Below, one piece after another: positions 40,201-53,200 of a DNA stretch of 64,000 nt. The first letter of the stretch is position 1; the number at the start of each line of letters is the position of its first letter. Location of the stretch: the NCBI GenBank assembly GCA_002633005.1, contig NMRA01000003.1, positions 2,740,686 to 2,804,685 on the forward strand, read 5' to 3'. The notes under the pieces are model-generated. The model was not told the DNA's origin. It ran no database searches and saw only the letters and a program-made list of their open reading frames with translations. The position numbers and the translations under genes were made by a program. Source of the stretch: Phoronis australis (taxonomy: Eukaryota; Animalia; Phoronida).

Positions 40201-43200
40201 TGGGCACCTGGATTGGGTTTTACCTGAAGCTTGAATAGCTGTGTTTTAACTGGTGAGTNCCCGCCACCACCGAAAGACACGCACGCCGCTCCAACACCGG
40301 GAAATAGGTGCCGACTACGCCAAATGTTGTAATAATGGGGAGTCGGTTGGCCAAGAGGACACACAAGTTCGGGCCTATTAACACGGTGCAAGAGCAAAGT
40401 CTGGAGAATACTCACATTGCGTCCGCACAGGACGGCAGCGAACTCCAGAAGGCCCAGACGATCTTGTCACGAGGTCTTCATGGGTGACTCGTCACGTGAT
40501 AGGAGTGTGACCTCGGCTGGGCTCTTCTGGCGTTAGATGTCGCACCAGGCCAAGACCAACATTGTCACGAAAAGGACATCACAACATAGACGCCACAGCC
40601 GAGACTGACGTCGACATTTACTACATTACTGAACGGGAGGCGGGTTACCCTGGCCGACGATAGGGCTAGACAGGAAGTGTAACCATGCCATACCCAAGAT
40701 TAGAAATTAGAAAGTAGCTACTAGTCAACTAGAACTAGACTAGTGCCAGTGCCAGTGCCAGTGCCAGTGCCAGTGCCAGTGTCAGTGAGTGCCGACCAGT
40801 GCCAGCGGGCAGTGTTGCCCCTTGTTTTATCTGTTTACCAATAGCTGGGTCCGCATTAGTGCATAATTCTGAATTTATAATACCTTTTATAACGCTGTTT
40901 GTTAGTTCCATTGCTTCATCATTATCGCTATATCGGTTTCACAGAGATTGAGTGGAGGCATAGACATCCACAACATTTGGTTTAAAGACTGTTTCCGGTT
41001 CGCACTTCCGTGTTGATCTCAACGATCCTAGCGGTTGGTATCGTAGCACAACAGAACAGAGATTGAGGTTGGGTCTTTGACAGCGGTGTAGTGGTACCTA
41101 ATATGAATCGGTGACAAACAACCCTGAAGACGATGTAGCATTAAATGACACCGTGAAAAACTGACCCCGGTTAGCTTTTTTCACGGACTTTAAATTTATT
41201 GTAAAGAATTTGCTACCCATGAAAAAATGACCCCGTACGACATGCGCGCACCCAGTCTTCAATATGGGGGGCTCAAACTCTTCTGTCGGTGTGGACCTTT
41301 TGCTGACAAAATATCGGCAGGACTAAAAAGAAAATAACGGGGTACACTGTGCGTCGGCATCTTTGTAGTGGACTTTAGTGCCTCGTTTTCTCGGAGTTTT
41401 TGCTTCTCTGAGACTGACCTTTTTGCCCAAAAAGAGAATTTTGAGTTTCTAAGTGATTCACTTAGGCTTTGATTAAAATTTTCATCTTACCAACACATGG
41501 GCAGCGCACCATAGGGGGCTGGGGGCTATAGCCCCCACTTTTTCAGTGCTGCACCGCCAGGGGCGGATCCAGGATTTTGAATTAGGGGCGGGGGGCAGGA
41601 CACAGCCAGAATTTATGCAGATGCGCGCGCCCAGCCTAAGATGTAGGGATGCAGGGATCTCGAATTTTCGGGTTTGCTTACCTTTTGACTAAAAAAACGG
41701 GGTTTGTTCAGGGCCTATGCATTTTTTATTCATCCTCGAGCCCCCTGGAAGTTGCGCGCATGTGCTAGTCAGCAAATTTGCACCCGAACTGCCAAACGAT
41801 ATCTGGTAGAATTTTAGGGGGCCATGGCCCTCTTGCCCACCCCCCACTAAATCCGCCACTGACCGCCCATGGTCTATGGGTGTTGCACCACAGGGGGCTG
41901 GGGGCTATAGCCCCACTTTTTTCAGTGCTGCACCTCCCATGAACAGCTTCTGTTTTTCACCATCACCCAGCTTCCAGTCTGTTTTCTTTGAAAATATGAA
42001 GTAATTTTCTTCATTGCATAGAGGAGCAGACGACAGAATCGGAGTGGTAGTGCGCAGCGTCACTGCCGGTCCCCTGGGATATCCCACGTAATTCGACCAG
42101 GAGTGGCATTACTTTGCAGGAGTAGTTTACCTTTATGCTTTTGTTGTTTTACTTTTTGCAATTGCCAAGGAGGGGGGGGGGGGGGGGGGGGGTNNNNNNN
42201 NNNNNNNNNNNNNNNNNNNNNNNNTTTGAAAGGTACTGTAAATTGCTTATCACAATGGTTACAGTGCAGGACTTTCCATAAAAGTTTAGAAATAAGCTCT
42301 TTTCTTCAGAAACTAAAAATTAGTGATCCTGTTACATGTAGTGTGTGTTGTCGTAAAAAGAGACACTGGAACACATTGTTACGATTGTTATGTTACTAAA
42401 GAAATTGTGTTTCAAAAGAAACAATGTTATTTTGAACGCCTGTTGCTCAGTTTTCAGGGTCAAAATACAAATATGAAAAACGGAACAATTGGATCGAAAA
42501 GCTGGACATCTGGGTCTAAGCCAAAACTCAAAGATAAAATGCTCGGGGGAAAATATGGTTATGTCGCGTTTTAATGGTGTGCCGGGTTGGCGGGAGAAAT
42601 TCAAAAAGTGGGACAGTCCGCCAAGAGCGGGGCAATTGACAAATACACTTTACGATGTCACCACGCATACACGCACTCACATCCGCACCCGCACACTTAG
42701 CTAAGTAGAATCAAGAGTAATTCTTCGAAAGTTACGAAAACACACACACATATTTTTAGGGCCTAAACTTTTCCTTGAGACCAAAAATAACTTCTTTCCA
42801 TAACATACGGCCATGATTTTAACACCCAAAATGTCTTGTTGAAGAACTTCTCACATGTAGTACGACAGGTTGTAAAAAAGTGGTTATACGACTGGTCCTG
42901 CAAAGATATCAGTGGCCAAGTAACTCCCTGGGCGTTATCCACCCAGGGCCACAGGTCGGTGCTTAGAATTTCCAGTACAACTTTCGGGTTTGTTGACTAA
43001 TTTTGGCGAGAAATCACTGATTGAATGAAACCATATCAAGAGTCTTGCTTAATGAACAATAATCAGAAAATGAAAATGAAGCAATGAAAATAGGCTTCAT
43101 TTGATAACTATAACTCTATTAAAATTCAGTAGAGCAGACAGCTAGAAATTCTCAGTGAAATCTCTCGCGGCTAAATGGATAGAGACGATGGTCATTGTCT

Positions 43201-43558
43201 AGTCTCGGGGTTGCAACGTGCGGGAGTTGGGGGTACTCCAAGCTTGCGTTCAGTAACGCTAGGGCCTAAGCTAGAACCTAGCTAAAATCTAGCCAAAGTC
43301 ACGCATTCTCAAAATACACAGCAATGTCTCAGGAAATCTCGCGAAGTCTTGCTTTTAGCGAGGTCCTAGCGTTACTGAACGGGAGGCAGGGCTAGAGTTA
43401 TATGGAGTGCCGATGGGAAAATTTAGCGCATGCGCAGGCGATGTGATTTATTTGTCGCTTTTTGTCCAAGACGGAATTCCTCTTTACCACCCCAGGATTC
43501 AATGACTGTGTCATCCCAAAAATCTTCAAGAATTGATACCTTGCTTCTCGAGAATCAT
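34259..43558 (-). CDS. BLOC1S5: BLOC-1 subunit 5 (muted)
   Basis: Phase-consistent exons: 38435-38353 (IGEIYSRLFDHRPVLHGEIAYFVREFE, the muted signature), 36614-36485 (EKRKYREEARLNKILE...), 35119-35061, and 34435-34259 (VDQL...W..F...AKVDEDF...LKKQYEELE). The first coding exon is uncertain; the best guess is 43558-43540 (MILEKQ), with alternatives near 43597 and 39274. Confidence 0.9.
35880..36380 (-). repeat. degenerate HINE-related units
   Basis: tgccactagggggag, gtcggatcc and gctagggggcacagtagtag match the family unit in reverse. Confidence 0.55.
39260..39340. repeat. perfect 16-bp inverted repeat with inner hairpin
   Basis: cttacctttactcatt (39260-39275) pairs with aatgagtaaaggtaag (39325-39340). 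Inner hairpin cgactt-tc-aagtcg. Confidence 0.9.
39595..39663 (-). mobile_element. tRNA-derived SINE head or tRNA-like remnant
   Basis: On the - strand there is an A-box-like tagctgaatggt and a B-box ggttcgatcc at tRNA-like spacing. No clean cloverleaf. Confidence 0.45.
40309..40586 (-). mobile_element. LTR retrotransposon 5' LTR plus tRNA-Ser primer-binding site; internal region lost at n 40259
   Basis: On the - strand, TGTTGT...ACAACA (40586-40325), then TT, then TGGCGTAGTCGGCA, which is complementary to the 3' end of eukaryotic tRNA-Ser(AGA) including CCA. Confidence 0.7.
40742..40782. repeat. (CAGTGC)n hexanucleotide microsatellite
   Basis: About 6-7 tandem units. Confidence 0.9.
41558..41861. 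mobile_element. MITE with CAG...CTG ends and 5-bp TSD (hAT5-like)
   Basis: accgc|cagggcggatcc...aaatccgccactg|accgc. It is inserted in a ~65-bp mini element whose uninterrupted sister copy lies at about 41875-41941. Confidence 0.65.
42194..42224. other. assembly gap after a poly-G run
   Basis: Run of N. Confidence 0.98.
43247..43381. mobile_element. 135-bp MITE; an interrupted relative lies at about 39950-40640
   Basis: TIR cgttcagtaacgctagg / cctagcgttactgaacg. The internal sequence is shared with 39951-40051. Confidence 0.7.
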
Positions 43559-43640
43559 CGTTCAGAGCAAGAGTGTTGACATACGTTTTTGATACATGTG
43601 TTTTCTGTGATTCGATTTCTTGCCACCATTTTGCGGTAAT
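43420..43640 (-). promoter_or_regulatory. probable BLOC1S5 promoter / first exon region
   Basis: NRF1-type palindrome GCGCATGCGC at 43426-43435, a YY1-like CAAAATGGTGG on the - strand near 43625, and candidate donor sites nearby. Confidence 0.4.
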
Positions 43641-46112
43641 AATTATGGAAATATTAAGGTGTCATACAAGGAACTGCTGAATGAATGTGACCACTTTTGG
43701 AAGAATCTAAAACTTATAAAAATTCTGGAAAAGGTAACACGTATTTGTCGGTAACTGTTTGTGAGTAATTCATTGAGTTAATGGACTAACAAGTTTTCCT
43801 TGTTATTCCAGAATAAATATATGAATCGAAATTTTATTAGATAAGCGTATATTCTACCCCACGTGGTCTGACACCGCTTCAAATATGTCTAGACGCTATA
43901 CGGGACTATGAGCTCGGATTCGCCAAATAAACGTGCCATCCATGTCTAATGAACCTGTCACAGTCTGAACTTGATGAAACTGAAAGCAGAGACAGTTGAA
44001 TATTTCGAAATTATCCAACGCCTGTACTCCTTTTTATCTCGAGTCCTACCGTTTGATTGTCATTTCCTTGATTAACTTGTGTTTGGAAAAGCGCTTCATT
44101 ACTTACTTTTAATACTGTTCAAACAATCGCATTCGCTGCATGTTCGAAAAGTATAAATTAACGAAATGCGTTTCAAAATCCTTATTTAGTTAACTGAGGA
44201 AATGACAGTCAAAAGGCGAAAAAACTTATAATTGTGTTCGTTCAGTATTAATTATCGAAGTGCTTTTCAAAATGCAAGTTAATTAAGGAAATTTAACAAT
44301 CAAAAGGTAGGAAACTTATATCTGTATTCGTTAATTATTGATATTCTCTGCTGTTTGCGTACCGTGAGGTCTAGGCCTATCGATGTCTACATGTTCTTGT
44401 TAGTACTCAATTTACGCTATTGCTAAATATTTTGTTGGTATTACAAGAGCCCCAGTGAAATGTTGTGCCTCTGTGTCCATGATATTGATATGACGACCCT
44501 GAGTAAACATTGAATATTTCGGCATTTAAAACATTCCATAGGGGCAGACAGCACTTTTAGTACGTTGCTGACGCTGTTACTAGGAACGCAGACTAAAATT
44601 GACGTTTTATTTTTGGGGATGATAGTCGAAAAAATAAATATTTATTATAAATATATATTTGTTGTCCGAAAAACACACTATTATATTCCCTGAGCTCATA
44701 TCAAAGGATCAATATTTTTAACTATTCTGAGCTTCTAGGTAACGACTTGATAGCAATATTTTTAACTATTTGGAGCTTCTTAGTAAAGACTTGATATCTA
44801 AATCAAACTATGGTTATATTAAATTTCCAATGTTTCTGCACTGAATTACCCACTTTCATTATGACATTGTCGTAATTTTCATCATCCACATTGTCGCTCA
44901 TTGTCAACCGGCGCAAAGAGGAGACACAGAACACACAATGAGTACGAAAGAATGTTGTCAATATTTTCCATAATGTTACATTTTTTAAAATGAATCTTTT
45001 AGCTTTTAAGAATACTAATATTTTTCTTATCTTTCATGTCCCATGTTTAACAATAAAAACCTTGGATTATGGATTTTATTGTCGATTTCAGTCTGGCTCA
45101 TTGCGCATGTCACGGAGATGTATCCTGTTTGAGACACGTAATACAGTTGCAATTTCTCTCATATTTCAATCTTTTTAGTGTCACAGGTTCCAAGAACAAT
45201 TTTCGTGCTTATTTTGCATGTCGCGGAGAGGTGTTTTCTTTACAAAACGGCCCTCTTACCGGACATGCATGAGATATACGTCTCATTTGTTATTCATCAC
45301 TTGCAGGGAAACGTTTTGGCCAGAATGACCAATAGTTCGTGAGATTTGTTTGGAGACGCTCTACTCATGTTGGTTGTAATTCTTGCTCATTATTTGCATT
45401 TTAGAGTTACAGGTTTATAAAAAGGAGGGTGTAACTGAAGAGCGAATAGAAATATTTCACCGTGCGAGCTTGCATCACCTTTCAGTTTATGAAAGTTGAT
45501 CATTTGAGACTGAGCAAAAGGCGCCACTTATATTAAGTTTACACTCGTTCGTGGTTGGTGACAAGGGATCTTCTTAATTGTAATATAAAAGGTGCAACAA
45601 GTGAACATGTTACACCTTTCGTGTTTTTAAAAGATGAAATAATGTATTTTTGCACTGAAAAGGTTAAAATCTGAACTTGAAATACTTAATCAATCATTGA
45701 ATTTCAAAATTATTTTGAAGGCGAATCAAATGTTTATAAATGTGGCTCCGTGAATAGTATTTATCATTTTTATTAAATCTCCTGTCCATTAAGTAGATGG
45801 TGTCCATCTCTGCCATGCCCTTGATTCAAATATTGATGTCACCTCCATTTACCACACACTACCTAATAATCAACATGCTTCATTTTTACTTTAAGGTTCG
45901 CATCAACTTAACTTAGATCTGAATATTTTTCTAATAGATATTGTAATAATTGTACCCATTTTCATTCATAATAGCAAATTCAAAAATTAATTACTTAACA
46001 TCCTCATTGATGTAGGCTTTCGGTGTTTTTGTGTTTTTGTAACTAGATCGTATTACGTTGTTGCACCAGAGGAATTGTCTCTTGTAATTTTGATATCTGC
46101 CAGTAAACATCC

Positions 46113-46230
46113 TTTTATATTTATTGTTATTAAAATTATTAATCTGCCTGCAAATTATGTTTTTGATTTGTTTTTATATTTATTGTTATTAAAATTATTA
46201 ATCTGCCTGCAAATTATGTTTTTGATTTGT
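46113..46230. repeat. direct tandem duplication, ~59 bp x2
   Basis: ttttatatttattgttattaaaattattaatctgcctgcaaattatgttttgatttgt-type unit repeated twice. Confidence 0.9.
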
Positions 46231-47211
46231 GGACAGTAATTGCAGTCCTACTACTATCTGTTCAATTCTTTAAGATGAAATAAACAGTTATCTAGTAAAG
46301 GTGCAAAGTTGTTCTTTGACAAACAAAAGGCTTCGGAAAGGGGATCGATAGTGAAAAAGGTTTGAGCAGTGATCCGACACCGATGACAATCACCATTCGA
46401 TCTGCGAAAACCAATTTGTGCTGGAATTTTCTGAGAACCATTTTCTATGTAAACACTGTGTAAAATCGATATCAAAAATTGTTTGATAAGTTCAAACACG
46501 GAGCTGGTAGATCTCATTTCAATGGCTCACTAGTTCAAGGCAAGACTCTTTTTCGAGGACGCGGACATGTCTTTGTATTGTAATAGTGTCGTGGTTGGCG
46601 GGTGTTTGTAAGTATCGCTGATGTACCTGTGGAATGTCTAACCAATCCGCTGAATTAAATGAACACGGGCTAAAACGACAACAAGAATTTTCCGAAAAGC
46701 GCCCAATGACACTTTTCCCCAAAAATTACCAATTAGTAACAAAAGAGCGTCGAGAAAACACAATTTTAAACCTGCCTTAAAATCGAGTCTCTAACGCTAC
46801 CTTTTTGTCTACACAAGTTGAATACGAAAGATAAGATATATTTGTGTGTGAAGTAGCCATATTGATGCAAGCAGTTTGGTGGATATGGAGGCGGATAAAA
46901 ACACAAATAATGAAAAGGCCACTAGCTGGAGGGGTCCCAGAAATAGTCCAAATATTGCTAATTAAACTGGCAGATCGGATTCAAATGAAACTTTCAGGTA
47001 TCATGCTATATGCATTTCTACTAAGAGAATGCATTTAGAAATTGATATTGTTGGACTTTAGCCTCAGGTCTATCAAAAAGAGGGTTTTTGCGATTATCAT
47101 GAATAAAATCAAAAGTTACATAAAACGGAAACGGCATGATGAAATTTAGGAAAGTGTAATTTTACCTAATTTTACCCTCCAAGTACCGATTAAGTGCCGC
47201 CCTTTCCACAG

Positions 47212-50200
47212 GTCCCTATCAAGCTCATTCCCTCCAGTTTAATTCCTGGTTTGTGTATCGCACCTCGCAGCTATTTCATTGATGAAGTGTATTGCGTAAC
47301 TCGATTTACATGTCATGCAGTAACTGGAGCGTCAGTTCCAGGTGATTGGGATCAACCATGTGTGACGTGCGGCAAACGAAAACGCACAGTGGCCTGTGCC
47401 GACTTTAAAACGACGTGTGAGGAGATTTATTACTGTTACTGCCCGTCACCGGAGCGCATACAGTATATACCAGGTAAGTTGTCTCCTCTAAAGACCCTCA
47501 AGATTGGTTGAAATACATAATTTGAAAGTATGCTTAGCCCTACTTAGCTGACCTAAAACATTTATATGTATTTTTCTTTGTTTTCTCATAAGGCTCATAA
47601 TAATACCCTAATATTGACCTGCAAACTTATCAGACACTAGTAGGCAAAGTTAGTTGACTCAGTTTGTAATGCATGGCGATATCTCTCGATGATATGTTTT
47701 TGATTTCGATTTTCTCGCAAGACGTGAAACTTGCTCCGTGGAATCCTTGAGACTTGGAGCTTGTTTCTCGAAGAGTCTAGAGTCAAAAATTGATTTTGTT
47801 TGTCTTTTGGCTTATGGTCTGTTCCAGAGCACGTTATCAGGATTTGTGCCTTTTGATTTCGAGTTGTAGCCATATCATCTACACCCTATAGTCTATGGTC
47901 ATGACCTAGGCTTAGCCTCAAACAGGCTATGAAATCTGTAGACTATAGTCAAAAGGTATTAGACTCCCTCGAAAAACAGCCATCAAGTGTGTTTTTCTTA
48001 CTCTGTGCTTATGTGTCCTGTAAAGTAAGCAACACTGTGCAAAAACGCCAGTGGTTTTGAGGTAGCGTCAAAGGCAAAAGCGACTGTAATCGCTCAAGTG
48101 CACGCTAGCAGCGAAAACGCCAAGGTTATGTAGCCGGTTTGTGAACGAGGTGTTTTAGCGCTTAGCGTCATTCCAGCATATGGCCAAGTAGCAAGGAGTC
48201 CCTCATAACCTTCATCATTCATGAATGGTGCACATTCTCACACGTCTTTTTTCCAGATCGTGCTTACTGTGATTTGAATAGCGGTGAACAACTTCAGATG
48301 GTTTCTTTCAAGCATCGAGAGGGTGTTGGGTTCACTGATGACATCATTGCTAACGTTGACAACAAAAGGAAATGCATTAAGAAATGTCTAAAGTTGGACA
48401 CTTGTTTCTCAGTCGACTTTGACAAGCAGACATCGACTTGCACGACAAAACGCGAGAAAGGTGGCATTCCACTTCGGTATCAAACGAGCAGTGTACACAT
48501 TGAATTTGGATGCACAATAGGTTAGTATTGCAACTGGGTGGTCCTGACCCACGCGTTGAAAAGGAATAAAACTAACGATAGGTGTTGAGACACAGTGGCG
48601 GATCTAGGATACCATAAGGGGGGCCCAACATCCTCGGGGAATTGGGCAAAGCGCGATTGTATGGGCACAGGCGGCCCGAAAGATGCGGGGGGCGAGGATG
48701 TGGACCTTCTGTTCAGAATATCTATCGGTGGACTAAAAAAAAACGCGTTTCCGCGCCTGAGCCCCTCTCCTCGTCCGCTAGCGGTCCTAGCTCCTCACGC
48801 TTCGAGCTGTTGCTGTTTCACTTTTCTTGTGGTAGCCAACGGGGGGGGGGCGGGCCCCCTGGGCCCCCCTAAATCTGCCTCGCGCGAAATGCTTGCCTCT
48901 CAAAACGTCACTTCCGGAGTAGAGAACGAATAATTAATTAAATTACGAAAAGCAGTAATTAAGTGGAAAATATGTCTGGGATAACCAACGAACCTTATTT
49001 TTGCTACAAAAGACATGAAAAAGGGTTGCCGTTGCCTTTAACCACGTGCTTCCTTTGAAAATCGTCTTAATTTTAATGTATGACAAAGAGAGAATTGTGA
49101 GTTTCTGGGTGATTCACTGTGGCTTCCATAAAAATTTACATCTTACCAGCAGCTTCTATTTCTTCGTCATTGTCTCTCAGCTTCGCCACTGCCTGTCGCT
49201 TGGGATATCATGCGTTTATCGACCGATAGCGACATTTTAAATTATAGCCAATAGTTACCGCCAGTTGTCTGAACGGGTCTGNGTTCCCACCGTATAATGG
49301 GGTTAATTCATAAACTCACTATGTCCTCACGCTCTTGCTGCTTTATTTTTTACGGCCACCAAGGGAGAGGGGGGGGGCTGTCCTCCCACCTTAAATCCAC
49401 TTATGCTAGAGCTATAAAACAATAAAATCTTTTGGGTTTTGCGACATTATTACAAATCGCCAATTTCCGCCCTTGTCTCCCTGAAAGTCGCATAAATTTA
49501 AGCATTTTAGTTGGTTAATAGCCAAAACTGAGTTAGACCTTTTGCTATCATAAAGTTATTCTCATGGAATTCTTTACGGTCATAGGACTCTATTTTGGTT
49601 ACTAACAAGAACAGCAAAACCATCAGCAACCCGAGAAAACGGTTTAGATTTTATTGGGTTGGCCAACCCTAAACTTGCAAATTTGAACGTGGCGCACTTT
49701 GTACGCATGTTGCATATGATGTAATGAAAATGGGCTATTATCAGATCGATTTTTATAAGACTAAAATACCCAAATCGATTTTCGTTTTTAGAGAGATAAA
49801 CAGGGCGAAATTAATTCCGCTTTAAAATTAAAATACCATAGATCGAGTGGATTTAAGTTACGTCACCAGAGCGTTCGACCTCGACTCAGTCCGACCGCAA
49901 AGGTTCTGTTCTGGCATATACGTAGTCGCCCAAGATGCGTCAGTGGCAAGTGCATGTCACAGCGGGTTCCAGGCTTCGACCGCCAGGGGCTGATCTCAGA
50001 AAACCACTTTTCTCTCAAATAATGTAATTTTAATACGATTCCAGTACGTTTTTATACTCATTAGCTAGCAATTGTTTATAAAGGGAGCTGTTTTTGGCTA
50101 ATATCCTACTTAAACCATTTTTATGTCAGTAGTTATTTTTCTACTGGAAACCCCGCCGAGATACCACGCCAGTAAGATCCAAATGTGTGGGTGGAAATGA

Positions 50201-53200
50201 TTATCTAAAACCTGTTCTTTTGAATATAAAATTAAGTTCGAATTAGAAGTTCTCTAAGAAATCTGCACCCATCAAAGTTAACTCGAACTTTCTAAAAGTA
50301 TTGTATGATAAAGAGACCAGCTTTTGGTGCTCAGCACCATACATTGTAAAAGTCCCTACGCAGTCCATTGTGTCGTACTCTTTGTCAACAGTACGCATAG
50401 CATGCACTACTTCGACCACATGTTTAGCTTTATTTTTAGGTGACAAGTGCCCGACAGGTTGGCTTAACTACGTCAACAGCAAAGGAAGATCGTGTTACTA
50501 CATTGATTACAGAATCGTTTCTCATGAAGAGGCAAAAGACTTCTGTGATGGAAGAAACAGTCACGTTCTTTACATCAACGATCAAGACGAACGCAATTTT
50601 GTTACTGAAACCTTAAGGTATTGTTACATTTTATTTGGTTAGATTTGAAAGAAGAATAGCCAGGGGGGTGCCACGGGTGCCAACGAACACCTACCGGCTA
50701 CTCTAATCCAGTCAAAGGACCGTCCACGAGCAGCTTAGGTCTGCCTCAGCCAGAGGACAATTTCTTTAGTAATACCTCAGACCTGACCTATTTACAACAT
50801 GGGGAGCCAGGAATATTGGTAATGACTTAAGAGGGGATCAAGGGGAAAACTCATCTGCACTATGGAAGGTACGACAAGAAACCATGCAGCGAGAACGCAA
50901 ACACCTCATCAATCACATTTACTTAAAGGAACACTGCAGCAGTTTTCCTCAATTGACTGACAACGGCATTGTTGTTAATAGCAATTACCACCACTACGAT
51001 CGCTTCCTGTATCTCATCCCCAGAAATCCGACCAATGCTATAAGTCGTGACGTCAAATGGTCGTGCTCACTTCCCGTTTGCACTGACAAACGGGAAGCTA
51101 TACATGCAGTTGATAACAATATAATATTCTTTTTCGTGAATCATTTGTAAGCCTGTGGAATGTTGGTCCGCTTTACCCGGCCCTGTTCTTTCGCTCCGGA
51201 ACAACTAATGGCATAACAGACCATCCCACTTGCAAAGGAACGGGCAGATCGACATACGATTGTATGAAGTCAGTATATGTTACTGACCGACATTTGGACT
51301 ATTGTCAATTGTCAGTTGACAGCAGCGCCTAGTGTGGTGGTTGAGGGAAGCAGAGAAAGCACCTTGACCAACACTTTGATCATTTCCAAACAACGAAGAC
51401 GAACCAACACTGGCAGAGCGCCTCTTTAAGACGAGTTCAGTTTCCAAGCGCGCTTTAAGTTAAACCGATTGGTTATCTCGTGTCGTTCAACATATGCCGT
51501 TCAAAAATAACCTAGTTCCAAAGACTAGACGTATACTTTTCTAACCTCGAACGTAGAACGGGTACTAAAATCTTTCAGTTTTGAGCAGTGTATCAGCGTT
51601 ACACGAAAGGCGGAGTAAATTCTACCAGACTGAAACCGCGCAAATCAGTCCCATTCAGTTTATCATCTTTAAACGTAAGACGGTTACCTTGCAGTTTATC
51701 ACCAACCTTAAATGTAAGATGATTCCGTACATGTTATCAACATTTCAACGTAAGACGGCTTAGCAGCCCCTTAATGTCAAGACAGTCGTACTATTTAGCG
51801 AGCTTTCACGCATGGCGATCTTAGAGTTTAACCTTAAACGCATGGCGATTCAGTACCCGACTTAAACACTGTAAGACGTTCGTGCAAGGGTTGAAATGCA
51901 ACATTTTACAGACAATAATGAATCTCAAAACTTACATTTTAGTTTGAGAAACAAAATTTGAAGAAATCTAATCTCCTTTCGGCAGGGACAAGGAAGGGTT
52001 CTTCTGGACAGGGGTGAAGAGCCCCTATGACAACTATACTTGGATGAGTGGTGACATGGCATTGATATCTAGGAGCAAATGCTCCGTGTTGTCATGTAAC
52101 ATCACGTGTACCTTGTCGATAGTTGACTGCAAGAGCAAGAGACATGTCATCTGTGAAAAGGAGCCTATTGGTAGGTTACAGGTTGAAATATTAGGTTGTT
52201 GTGTACTTGATAAATCACTTCAGGGTTTACGTGATTTTTGTTCCATTAATTCCCATGCCCTCTTTCAGCAGAATGTCAATACATGGTAAAATTGAGTAAA
52301 TAATTAAATACATAAACACATTAATGCTAAACACTTGGCGATTGCCTTTGTTTGACGTGCTTGTCGTATTTTTCGTGTTAGGGAAAATGCGGTGAGGTAA
52401 CCATTCATTGTAATCCTCATCTAGCTTTTTGCCCTAAATGGCTTAATCCAACTCGAAATATTTTATTCAATCGTTTGCTATGCACAAGATCGCACAAATT
52501 TTTTTCCTTCGCGCACGCTGATCCCCTCTCGTGGACGCATATCCCCCCCTTGGACTACTTTTCCCTGTTTGCGGACATACTTTGTTAATTTCCTTTCCTC
52601 CTGGATGGACCAATTCTGGTGCTGCACATTATTCCCTGCCCCATAGATCACTCTCTTACTTAAGCGCAAACTCGTCGATTAAGCTACTAGACTATTTTTT
52701 GAATAAGTCAATACATCTGAATATCATAAAATCAATAAAAATAGTCTTCTTTTCAATACACATTGCGAAAGTCATCAAATTTTATCAAATTTCGTTGTAA
52801 AATCATCGCCACTAAAAATATCATGGCATACTAGGGTGGCTTTCAGCTTTCCGTCCAAGAAACTTACCGCTATAAAATTCGTACAACTCATGCTCCTCGT
52901 TTAGATGAAAAATGATTTTTGTCTTGGAAAGAAATGACAGTTCGTTATTGTTAGATCGACAAATAAAACAACATACCGTGACAAGTCAACCTGTAGATCC
53001 TCGTCTAGAGCAATAATTAATCGTCATTTCTTTCCAGGACCGGGGCCCCGTAATTATTTTAGTTTTAACTTAGACCGAAATAACAATACTGTCATTCCGT
53101 CACAAGAAGCGATGCGCTTGCTGATCAATAATGTTGACGTCGTGCCAACAATCGAACTTGAGACTTTAATTCTCATGAAAGGTAGCCCAGATATTACATC

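Noticed and set aside
41122-41170. Hammerhead ribozyme (CTGAAGA...GAAA)
   Set aside because: The stem II register is wrong and no stem III/NUH cleavage site is evident.
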